A DNA stretch of 35,641 bases from Octopus bimaculoides (GCF_001194135.2 NC_068999.1:20749998-20785638); one strand, 5' to 3'. Shown: positions 1-10,551, numbered from the stretch's first letter. Translations and numbers: made by a program. Notes: generated by a model from the letters alone, not told the origin.

Positions 1-46
<46 letters not shown>
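1..46. repeat. (TA)n microsatellite, truncated by the window edge
   Basis: Perfect TA dinucleotide run. Confidence 0.98.
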
Positions 47-48
<2 letters not shown>

Positions 49-290
49 TAGTTATATATATGCATACACACATGTAAATATATACACACATATGCATCTA
101 TATATATATATGTAACACACAGAGACGCAAACACACACATACACACACCCACGCAGGCACAAACACAGACATTCACACACACACACATATATATTGGACG
201 CACTATTATATACATATTGGTGCATCTATTTCATAATTCTATTTTGTAACGTGAAAGCTGAAAAATTTCGTACATGGACACTCGGGACAG

Positions 291-411
291 ATTGCCTTCC
301 ACCCTTTCAATGTCGATAAATTAAGTACCACATACCTACTGGGGTCGATCGAATCGACTGCTCCCTCCCCGCCAAATTTCGGGTCTTGTGCCTAGAGAGG
401 AAAAGATTATT
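291..411 (+). mobile_element. SINE family A (tRNA-derived), 5'-truncated copy
   Basis: ttgccttccaccctttcaatgtcgataaattaagtacc...ctggggtcgat...aaatttcgggtcttgtgcctagagaggaaaagattat aligns by eye with the 3' half of the copies at 12551 and 15488. Confidence 0.85.
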
Positions 412-1351
412 TGTAGGCTATGTTTTGTGCCAGATTTCTACCATATTTTGGTACTATATACGCAGCATCACTACCTTCCATATTTATACTATATATATGT
501 ATCTATGTGTGTGTGTCTGTGAGCGTGTGTGTGTGTGTGTTTGTAAGTGTGTCTGCGTGTGTTGTCACCTACATACACATATTCTTGACTCTACTCGCCA
601 AGTTAGCACTGACTTCATTACCAAAAGAAAAGATTCTCTGACAGGGATATACACATTTTGTCGCTTTCTCTTGTAAGAAGACACATAACACCTCTCCTAT
701 CAATGAAAGATCGTCATACCAGATTACCTGATCGAATTTAATCACAAGAACAATTAATCTAGAACTCAGTTGTTGGGTGGGGGTTCAAATATCAGCTATG
801 CTCTCTTCTGTAGAAAGCGCATCAATAACATAATTAGCATCGCATATAAACGGCCTTCCAGGCCAGAGAAAAGCTTTCCCACTACAGCATCTAGTGATTC
901 TTTAAAATGTCAATTTCAGGCCACTATGGTATGTTACACTCATCTGGAATGCTGCTGCTCAGAAATTCCTAAACTGAATGAAGAAAAGAGTCAGTCAGTG
1001 AATACCATAAAGTTAATTCACTGACTCGATTCAGCCTCTTCCCCGCATGTGTTCACTGTCAATTATTTGCCTTTTCTGATGCAGTATAATGATCTATGCT
1101 TATTGGAAGTGGTTCGGTTTACGCTCTCTCTACTGCGACTCTGCAGCGTTTAAGCCCTTCGGTTTCAAGTCTACACCGTCGATCATGAAATCTAAATGCC
1201 CTTGGTGCTGTACCAGAGGCCATCTACGAGGGAATGACCATCAGCAGTCTAGTGTCCTTTTGAACATCACGCGTCTGACATAGCGTAACTACGATTCCAT
1301 AATCGCAGTCGTACTGTGCATTATAGATTCAATATTTCGCACGTTTGGGCA

Positions 1352-1433
1352 CTGCAGAACAAACGGATTGGAGGTGTCAAGAAATGTTCATTATATATTG
1401 TAAAAGATGTACTTATCAATTAATCACACTTAC
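1352..1433 (-). other. Candidate 82-nt spliceosomal intron of an unidentified minus-strand transcript
   Basis: Minus strand reads CACCG|GTAAGT...AT-rich...cttgacacctccaatccgtttgttCTGCAG|TGCCC: consensus donor, branch-like TTGAC, pyrimidine tract and CAG acceptor, with GC-richer non-repetitive flanks. Confidence 0.5.
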
Positions 1434-1611
1434 CGGTGCGGGGTACAATACGTGTAACTCTCTGAGGAACACAACAAACGTTTTTGATGCTTTTTTACGC
1501 AAGGTTGATTCCACAGTCTTTGAGTTTGTGAATAATGAAACGCAAAGCCAGGGACACTCAATCCCATATACATTTGTATTTCTTCACAATTTGGTAATTT
1601 GGATACAGTCA
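1434..1611 (-). CDS. Candidate exon; coding status and product unknown
   Basis: Strong donor at 1433. Possible acceptors at 1612 (tttag, weak tract) or 1462 (tgtgttcctcag). One frame is open across the exon (TVSKLPNCEEIQMYMGLSVPGFAFHYSQTQRLWNQPCVKKHQKRLLCSSESYTYCTPHR). No family recognised. Confidence 0.25.
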
Positions 1612-1819
1612 CTAAATATTTATGAATGTATGTATTTATATATGTACTTCTGTTTCTATGAATGAATGGAGGAATCAATTTAAATCTGTATTTATTATAT
1701 GCTTATATATGTGTTTACTCATTTGGATTTTCATGTTTCATTCTTATATGTTTACACATATATATACTCATACACGGTACACACTCACTCAATTACACAC
1801 ACATACATATGTATTGGTG

Positions 1820-1856
<37 letters not shown>

Positions 1857-2305
1857 ATATATACATAATATATATATTATGTATATATATGAATATATCT
1901 TAATATATAAAGCTGAAGTTGTGTGTCTGTGTGAAGCCTTTTTAAAAGTTTATAGAAATCCACATTTTCCACGTGTTCGTAAAAAAATTTACATCAATGG
2001 AATTTTCTCGACCTGAACTTTCCAGTGCAGTAATTAGATTTTTAAAATACCGTTTACTTTGTGTGATTTAAGGGAGATTTGGCTGTTGTTTCTAGCAACT
2101 TTTATATTTCTTCCCTTCTACCTGGAGCAATGTTCTTACACACGCGCTCTACAGAGAGAGAAAGTGATACATACAACATAGATTAAACTTTCTTCTGAGT
2201 ATTCTTTACCTATTTTTCATAACATTGATACACCCACAACCACACATACGTAATCTCTGACAACAACATGCACATTACTCCCGTTCTCTATCTCCCCCTC
2301 TTCCA

Positions 2306-2933
2306 CTCTTCCTCTCTCGCTCTCTCAAACGCATACACGTGCAAGTAAACACAATCATTCACGTTCGTCAATGTGGCATAACTACAGAGTTGTACCCACC
2401 GACTTTGGAAGGTCATAACTTTCAGAAAAATGAATATATTTGAATGAAATTTTCTATGCATATATTATTTATCATGCAGATTTCGAATATACAAAAGAAT
2501 TTGGTGAAAATGTTTTGGGAGTGGGATGGGGGACAATTTTCGGAAATTCCACTTAAATTCCTCGTAACTTCCAGGAAAATGAATATTTTTTCGTGAAATT
2601 TTCTACAAATATACCTTGATATATGAACATTTCGGGCATCTAGGAATTTTGAAGGAAACAACTACAGGCTATTTTTGAGAAGTGTTCCCCACTCGGTGGT
2701 GTTTCGGAGCAAGTCGTCCATATTTGTTTCATCGTTCTCTATTATGTGCGTAAGTGCATCCATAGATTTCTAATGAGGTAATAGGCAGTGAAGAGAAGCC
2801 GTCATAAGAAAACTTTTAACTACATCTATTCCTTTCTCCCTCTCTCTCTATCTCTTCCTCTCTCGCTCTCTCAAATGCATACACGTGCAAGTACACAATC
2901 ATTCAGTAAAATATATCTCATGTTCGTCAATGT
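2306..2933 (+). repeat. Direct repeat pair (2306-2374 and 2852-2933) inside the Helitron
   Basis: ctcttcctctctcgctctctcaaaYgcatacacgtgcaagta(aa)cacaatcattca...gttcgtcaatgt occurs twice; copy 2 has an extra internal segment of about 15 nt. Confidence 0.9.
2383..2660. mobile_element. Possible DNA-transposon/MITE fragment with an internal repeat
   Basis: taactttcagaaaaatgaatatatttgaatgaaattttctatgcatata (about 2416) is repeated as taacttccaggaaaatgaatattttttcgtgaaattttctacaaatata (about 2564). No matching second terminus found. Confidence 0.35.
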
Positions 2934-2958
2934 TTTGTAAATATACCACAATTTTCAC

Positions 2959-3154
2959 TAGGGTGTTAGGGTTAGGGTTTTAGGGTCAGGGTTAGGGGTT
3001 AGGGTTTAGGGTTACGGTTACGGTTAGGGTTAGGATTAGTGTTACGGCTACGGTTTTAGGATCAGGGTTAGGGTTTAGGGTTACGGTTACGGTTACGGTT
3101 AGGATTAGTGTTACGGTTTTAGGGTTAGGATTAGGTTTAGGATTAGGGTTGGGT
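2959..3154 (+). repeat. Interstitial telomere-like array (TTAGGG with TTACGG, TTAGGA and TTAGTG variants)
   Basis: Directly visible hexamer array with a higher-order duplication of about 65-75 bp starting at tcagggtta (about 2986 and 3062). Confidence 0.92.
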
Positions 3155-3860
3155 AATCGTGCGAGTGTTAATCTGAAAAATTACAGATATGTGAAAAGTA
3201 CCGTCCCTGCTATCTATTATAACTTTTGTTCTGTTTAATATATACATAGATTATGCCTCCAAAGAAGAGAGTTTGCTGGGGAAAGAAAGCAACCGGTTTA
3301 AAATAACAGCAACAGACTGCAGCAATTCACCACATTCCAGAAGCTACTTTGAACATAATGCAAAATGGTGCATCAACATCTTCAGCCCAATCTGATAGAA
3401 TTCTGGCAAAACTGTGTACCAACAGATCGCCAGCAATTGCTTCATCACAAATTGCCGTCCTAGCTCCTGCGAAAAGGGATTACCCTGCTATGTATAATTA
3501 GGGCAGCCCAAAAAGTTGTTTTGCACAAGCATTTCTATAGCCAATTAGACGGATGAAATTTACTTACGCTTAATAATTTTACNNNNNNNNNNNNNNNNNN
3601 NNNNNNNNNNNNNNNNNNNNNNNNNNNNNNNNNNNNNNNNNNNNNNNNNNNNNNNNNNNNNNNNNNNNNNNNNNNNNNNNNNNNNNNNNNNNNNNNNNNN
3701 NNNNNNNNNNNNNNNNNNNNNNNNNNNNACATCATAAGGGTTTTTTCGTTGTAAGGCTTTCTTTTTTAGTTGATTTTCACCTAGCAAGGCTTATCGTAGA
3801 TGGCGTAATAAGTCACACCCGGACAAGGTCGGGTTATACTGCTAGTATACATATATATAT

Positions 3861-3904
<44 letters not shown>

Positions 3905-3910
<6 letters not shown>

Positions 3911-4140
3911 AAAGAGAGAAAAGGATAAAGAGAACAATGGCAAAGTTAGAAATATATTTTATGGATAAAATCTTACAGCTGTTTCAGGGAAAATCCAATG
4001 TATCCCTTCATCGGAGACAGAAATAGTAGAGGAATGGATTATTATATCTATAAGAGGAGATTTCTAGTAGGAAGTGAGAGAGAGTGTGATGCGCTGAAAA
4101 AAGAAAGAATAAACAGTACTTGGAGTGTAGCTTCATTCCA
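3905..4140 (-). mobile_element. Probable Penelope-like element pseudo-LTR fragment
   Basis: Pyrimidine-rich minus-strand segment surrounding a minimal hammerhead with palindromic helix III, a configuration established for Penelope-like elements. Boundaries approximate; no Penelope ORF seen. Confidence 0.5.
3970..4018 (-). ncRNA. Minimal type-I hammerhead ribozyme motif (U4C core variant)
   Basis: Minus strand: GTCT-CCGATGA-AGGGA-tacattggattt-TCCCT-GAAA-CAGCTG-TA^AGAT. Helix I GTCT/AGAT, helix II AGGGA/TCCCT, helix III palindromic ACAGCTGT, GUA triplet, predicted cut between 3974 and 3973. Confidence 0.72.
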
Positions 4141-4222
4141 GTAGTAAGTATCCACTTTACCAGTAAGCTACCAGGTGTAAACCATTCGTTTCATTAGATG
4201 TGTGTGTGTGTGTGTGTGTGTG

Positions 4223-4680
4223 TCTTTTACTTGTTTCGTTCATTAGACTGTGAGCATGATGATGCACCGCCTTGAAGAACTATTGGTGGAACGAAACCCA
4301 TCCGGTCCTTTTGCTTTGTTTAAGTTAAGCCAAGTACTTACTGTACTGCCCATTTAGCTGAATCGCAATGTTACGGGGACGTAAGCGAACCAACACCTAT
4401 TGTCAAGCGAGATTGGGGTATAAACACAGAGACGAATACACATCCATACACACACACACAAATACATAAGAAATCTTGAAATAGAACTGAATAACGGCAT
4501 ACATACGTATATACATGAGTGTGTGTGTGGGGGGGTCTCTTTCCAGTTTCTGTCTACCAATTCCATTCACAAGCTTTTAGTCGGTCGAGGCTATAGTAGA
4601 AGACACTTCCCCAAGGAACCACACAGTGGGATATAACCCAGAACCATGTGGTTGGGTGTCAAGGTTCTTACCACACGGCC
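4223..4680 (-). mobile_element. SINE family B (tRNA head, central domain, internal (GT)n), diverged near-full-length copy
   Basis: Reverse complement is colinear with the 34341-34700 copy (gtgtcttctactatagcctcg...ggtagac.gaaactg...cgcttgacaa...gtccccgtaac...gaaacaagtaaaaga). Confidence 0.88.
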
Positions 4681-6037
4681 TTTCGAAATTAGTGTGAACG
4701 GTACCTATAATTACAATTGAAACTGCTGAATTTCAACATGTACAGTAAAATCTGGAGCAGAAATATGCTCCCGAAAGTCCATTTTGTGCGTTGAAATAAT
4801 TGGACAAAATACGTAAATACGTTTTATCAGGACTGAGGAAATCAAATGCACCCACAGTGAGCCAAAAATAAAAATTGGAGAAGCCCTGATTACTTTAGAG
4901 AAGGGTAAAAACATATTGACAACTGACCACTATCATTCTGCTACACTTCCTTCATCGGACACTGCGCTCCATACCTGAAATTTCTAGCAACTCTCAACCA
5001 TTCCCTTCTAAAAATAAAATAAATACACGTACATACATACATACGTACGCCTATGTACGGGCGTGTGCGCGTATGTGTGTATATGTATATATATATATAT
5101 ATATATNNNNNNNNNNNNNNNNNNNNNNNNNNNNNNNNNNNNNNNNNNNNNNNNNNNNNNNNNNNNNNNNNNNNNNNNNNNNNNNNNNNNNNNNNNNNNN
5201 NNNNNNNNNNNNNNNNNNNNNNNNNNNNNNNNNNNNNNNNNNNNNNNNNNNNNNNNNNNNNNNNNNNNNNNNNNNNNNNNNNNNNNNNNNNNNNNNNNNN
5301 NNNNNNNNNNNNNNNNNNNNNNNNNNNNNNNNNNNNNNNNNNNNNNNNNNNNNNNNNNNNNNNNNNNNNNNNNNNNNNNNNNNNNNNNNNNNNNNNNNNN
5401 NNNNNNNNNNNNNNNNNNNNNNNNNNNNNNNNNNNNNNNNNNNNNNNNNNNNNNNNNNNNNNNNNNNNNNNNNNNNNNNNNNNNNNNNNNNNNNNNNNNN
5501 NNNNNNNNNNNNNNNNNNNNNNNNNNNNNNNNNNNNNNNNNNNNNNNNNNNNNNNNNNNNNNNNNNNNNNNNNNNNNNNNNNNNNNNNNNNNNNNNNNNN
5601 NNNNNNNNNNNNNNNNNNNNNNNNNNNNNNNNNNNNNNNNNNNNNNNNNNNNNNNNNNNNNNNNNNNNNNNNNNNNNNNNNNNNNNNNNNNNNNNNNNNN
5701 NNNNNNNNNNNNNNNNNNNNNNNNNNNNNNNNNNNNNNNNNNNNNNNNNNNNNNNNNNNNNNNNNNNNNNNNNNNNNNNNNNNNNNNNNNNNNNNNNNNN
5801 NNNNATATATATATATATATGCATATATATACATACATATATGCATATATATCTATAATATATCTATATATAAATACATATACATATATATTCATGTTAC
5901 ATCACATTATAGAATATATGCATACAGACAAAAGTATATATATTTGTGTGTGAGTGTATATGTATATGTGTGTGTATACATATACGTATATATATGTATG
6001 TATATATAGACTCTCATTCACATTTGATAATTAAATT

Positions 6038-6095
<58 letters not shown>

Positions 6096-7691
6096 GTATA
6101 TACATACAGCTGTATATTCACAAACATATTCATATGTATATAAAGATATGTATATTTGTATAAATATGTCTATATGGGTTTGCATATATGCATGTATACA
6201 GGTATAAATATGTATGCATATATGTATATTTGTGTATATGTATATGTGTATGCGTTTGTGTGTGTATGAGTATGTGTGTGTGTTTGTGTGTGTGTTTTAA
6301 AATTTATTTTTATGTGACATGATTTTAATCATCAAAGAAATATACCAAGCCTTACATTTATAGATTATTTTATTAAATACTCATTTCCTTCTCTCGTTTG
6401 TTCCTTTCCCATTTTATTTATATTTCGTAATTACCGTTTGACTTATCTAAGAAAAACCATGTCCATATTTGTTTCTCATGTTCTTAGATGCTTTCCATAT
6501 TTAGATTCCTATACATACAATTAAAATACAGTTTTATATTTATATGTTCTTAAATTGGGATGGAGTAATTAGCGAAAATTCAAACTTGAAATTAAAAAGA
6601 AATTAATAAAATAAATCGATGAAAAATTTTGCTAATTGATAAGAGAATATTCTAAAAGTTTTATTAAAAACTAAATCTAATTAATTTCGAACTAATAAAA
6701 CAGAGCACAAAAAGCAGTATATAACTAATATATCATATAGACTTACTTTATTGTTGTTAAGATTCAAGAAAGTTTGGGGAAAACAATTTAAGTTTAATTG
6801 TTCTCGGTTTCTGTTTAAAAATAGTTGCTCTAGCTATAACCCCCGCCCCCGCCCTTGTTGCATCAGCACAGCACTGTCTGATGTGGTTTATCATCATATG
6901 CGTTCTGTTCCTGAAATTCTTGTATTTTTTCAAGCGATATGTTAGAATGCATTAGCTAACATATTTCGTTATTGAAGAAGGTTGAGAATGATTTGAGGGA
7001 AATAAAGTCTAGAGACGATGTAAGATGCAGCTATGACAATTCAAATAATTCTGGGAAACGGCACATATTTTGAAATTATTTGTCTTTGTTACTTTCGAGA
7101 CTTTTGAATGTATAGAAGATAAAGGCTATACGTTGCAGGTTAAAATCCAATATGCATAGAGTTGTAGGAGAACACTCCTGGAACTTGAAACCGAAATTGC
7201 TTACTGACTAATATTTCATTGCATAGGAACTTTTAATTAAGTTTTTAATATTCGCTGCATTCCATATGTCGCCTACGTAATTATAGATATCAATGAAATG
7301 TTATGAAAACTTAACTTATGTAATATGATGAATATTAAAACTTCAGGAGAAAATGGTTACGAAAAAGACAGTATTAGTCGAAAAAAGTTAGTATTTGTTT
7401 ATCTTTTATACCATTAGAAATTAGGTAACATATGCTTCGGTCTTATTCTTCACTCACCAGCGAAGAATATGTTTCATTGTGCTTTGAAAGTAGTAATGAG
7501 AAGATGATTGTGTATTTGTTCGAGCATGTTAATTAGTTTGGTATATCGAACAGAGTTATCATAGAATTAAGTTACTAATAAGCATATTAGCACATATGTG
7601 TTTGCGCATATATACGCGTATGTTTTATACATCCATCACAGACACACACGCACACATATATATATATATATATATATATCATATTTTAATA

Positions 7692-7877
7692 TTGGTCTTA
7701 AAATTTTCGGGAAAGTGATTTCCCGATACCAGTGATCAACTGTTACTTGTTTTATTGACTCCACAACGGTGAAAGGCAAGGCCGAACTAGGCGGGACTTG
7801 AAATCAGAACTTACAGACAAATGAAATGCCGCTAAGCGTTTTGCCCAGCGTGCTAACAGTTCTACCAGCTCGCTGCC
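7692..7877 (-). mobile_element. SINE family A copy
   Basis: gaaaggcaaggccgaactaggcgggacttgaaatcagaac...gaaatgccgctaagcgttttgcccagcgtgctaacagttctaccagctcgctgcc matches the 15488-15704 copy. Confidence 0.9.
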
Positions 7878-7929
7878 CGTATATAAAATGAAAAACAAAC
7901 AAAATGAAAGACATAATTAATAATATAAA

Positions 7930-8113
7930 GCTAAGAATTACGGTGGGGGGAGCGATTTAAGTCGATTACAGCGACCCCACTGATCAACTGCTACTTATTT
8001 TATTGAACTTGCAGGATGAAAGGCAAGCTCCGTATAACAGAGAAGATAAAAACGGGTGATATGCCGCTAAGCGTATGTCCGGTGTACTAACGATTCTGTT
8101 AGCTTGACACCTT
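7930..8113 (-). mobile_element. SINE family A copy with internal deletion
   Basis: gtcgattacagcgaccccactgatcaactgctacttatttt...gatgaaaggcaag...atgccgctaagcg...ctaacgattctg. Confidence 0.85.
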
Positions 8114-8138
8114 AAAATAATTTATTAGAGTGTTATTT

Positions 8139-8340
8139 CGAGCTGTCAGAATCGTTAGCCGGGGAAAATGATTTGCAGCATTTCCTCCCTCTTTACGTTC
8201 TGAGTTCAAATTCCGCTGAGGTCGAATTTACTTTTCATCCTTTCAATGTCGACAAAATATGTAACAACCAAGTACTGTGGTGATAGATATAGACCTATTC
8301 CCTGCCCGAAATTATTGGTCTTGTACCAAAATATGAAACC
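8139..8340 (+). mobile_element. SINE family A copy
   Basis: A-box-like gctgtcagaatcgttag, B-box-like gagttcaaattcc, then gaggtcga...ttttcatcctttc...ggtcttgtaccaaaatatgaaacc. Confidence 0.9.
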
Positions 8341-9497
8341 AACATTAACGTGCTATTAATATAATACACACTGATGTTTTCATGCGAATAATTCCCCATT
8401 ACTTAACCGTATTTTATATGAGTGTAATAATACTACTATCTTGGTAAATGAGAGAGCCCTCTGAATAGCAGTGCTGAGAGGAAATCTTACTACTCTTTTC
8501 ATTGTTATGGTAATATTTTTGTTGTTGTTATAGTTGCGCTGTTGCTGTTTGTGTTCTGGTGACTTTGCTGTTGTAGTTGCTGTTTCATTCTCGGCCAGAC
8601 CCCATCGAGTAGACATATCATTCTTTTGGAATACACAGTATTGTGAAAAAAAAAACTAGTGGGATCGTGATAGGTTTAATCCCTTCTCTCCCACTTCATT
8701 CAGACGATTTACGGAGAACCTCTTCATTGTGTGTAAATCCCATTGACATTTCGAACTTTATTTCCTTGTAGAATATTCTTTGTCGTAAAAAACGAAACTC
8801 ACTTCTATAGACTAAAACAGTAGAGAAATTATAAAATGTTCCTTTATCTTCATTCTACCCGTTATAAATCATTATTTTTCTAGCTAATTAGGTGATCTAT
8901 CGATACTTGACGTGTTATAAAAATATTTTTGAAAAAATACGTCAATAATGATTTAAAAGGAAACAAATCTGTATATGTGTTAGTCCGATCGTAGGTGCAT
9001 GGGGGCGTAGAGGCAGGAGTGAGTCTGTTGTGTGCATTATACATATATACACGCACACATACACACCACTGCGTGCACATACATACGCACATATACAAAC
9101 ATATATATATATATGTGTGTATATATATATGTATATATGCATCTGTGTATGTGTGTATGTATGTAAACATATATATATATATATATATANNNNNNNNNNN
9201 NNNNNNNNNNNNNNNNNNNNNNNNNNNNNNNNNNNNNNNNNNNNNNNNNNNNNNNNNNNNNNNNNNNNNNNNNNNNNNNNNNNNNNNNNNNNNNNNNNNN
9301 NNNNNNNNNNNNNNNNNNNNNNNNNNNNNNNNNNNNNNNNNNNNNNNNNNNNNNNNNNNNNNNNNNNNNNNNNNNNNNNNNNNNNNNNNNNNNNNNNNNN
9401 NNNNNNNNNNNNNNNNNNNNNNNNNNNNNNNNNNNNNNNNNNNNNNNNNNNNNNNNNNNNNNNNNNNNNNNNNNNNNNNNNNNNNNNNNNNNNNNNN

Positions 9498-9540
<43 letters not shown>

Positions 9541-10551
9541 CATACACATCTATAGCAATGCACCCACTTACACACACACACACACACATATGAAACGTAC
9601 GTAACACCCATTATTAAAGTACAATAAATGAAAGAAGATGCAATAGTATTTTGTTTTTAGTGACTATAGTCTTAGTTTGTCTTACTGTTGTATAAATGTC
9701 CATTGTTTCATTTTCTTTATCATATTTTTATCTTCATTTGAGGTTATTTTGTTCGTATTGTGTATTTTGTTTAGTTTGTCTAATAAAAAGATTTATCTCC
9801 ATCAATATACTGAGTGAGTTTATTTCGTATTAAAGTTACAACTTTTTTTTATAATCTGGTTTGAAACAATAGATATCTGAAAAGAAAGAAACAAATCGAT
9901 CGATTCTCTCATGAAAAATAAGATAGAAAGATTGTTAATGTTAGCATTGTTGTTGATGGCGATGGGGGTTGCCGGTGCCCAGAGCGGCCATATTTGAATA
10001 TAACAGTGATGAAAAGACTTCCGAAGCACGACCACCGTTTTTTCAGTATCAGACTGTATATCGTTGAATGTAAAAAAATGTTTATTTAAAATAATTGGAT
10101 GGGATTTCGGAGAGAACTGGCTGCTATTTCTAAGAGTTTTATTACCTGTATGAAGATATTCTCTATGTTGAAAAATAATTCATATATTTAATGTTTGAGT
10201 TCGTTTTCCATCCATAATTTTTTCGCAGGAAATATCAGATTTTTTAACGCTTACCTTTTTAAGTTACTACTATTATTCCTCTTAAAACTGAATTATAAAT
10301 AACGTAGACATCAAGATTATTATAACTACAAGTAGAACATTATATGGCATCTATGATAATTATATCTACCATCGGCACCAATGTGGATACCAACATTGAT
10401 ATAAATGCAATCAACATACATGTAGATACTATTTCTATTACGATAATCATCAACAAAATGTAGATGCAATGTCCGATGTGTCTACACCTAATATTAATAT
10501 AATCATTAAGTGTATTATAACCACATCCAGTAGGAATATATCGAATATTTG

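Larger units (their letters stand above)
1898..3845 (+). mobile_element. Non-autonomous Helitron-type element (composite, spans an N gap)
   Basis: 5' end A|TCTTAATATATAAAGCTGAAGTTGTGTGTCTG at 1897/1898. 3' end has the hairpin ACCCG-gacaaggt-CGGGT (3817-3834) followed by CTAG|T (3842-3846). TC...CTAG termini, a subterminal hairpin and A|T insertion are the established Helitron hallmarks. That these two ends belong to one insertion is inferred. Confidence 0.65.

Noticed and set aside
960-1040. Possible SECIS downstream of the in-frame TGA of the minus-strand unit
   Set aside because: The GTGA pairs by Watson-Crick rules inside the stem; there is no tandem G-A quartet or correctly spaced apical AA.
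386-2016. YI/CV/HT-rich ORFs (also at 19.7-20.0 and 24.9-25.7 kb)
   Set aside because: Translations of dinucleotide microsatellites.
4941-6009. Long ORFs (257-318 aa) here, and similar ones at 3.5, 8.9-9.6, 17.5-18.3, 20.1-20.7, 23.4-23.9, 28.5-29.3 and 33.7-34.5 kb
   Set aside because: They are open only because they cross N gaps (3583-3728, 5107-5804, 9190-9497, 17650-18107, 20182-20511, 23470-23666, 28711-29227, 33910-34340, 35024-35033) and (TA)n/(CA)n repeats that lack stops.
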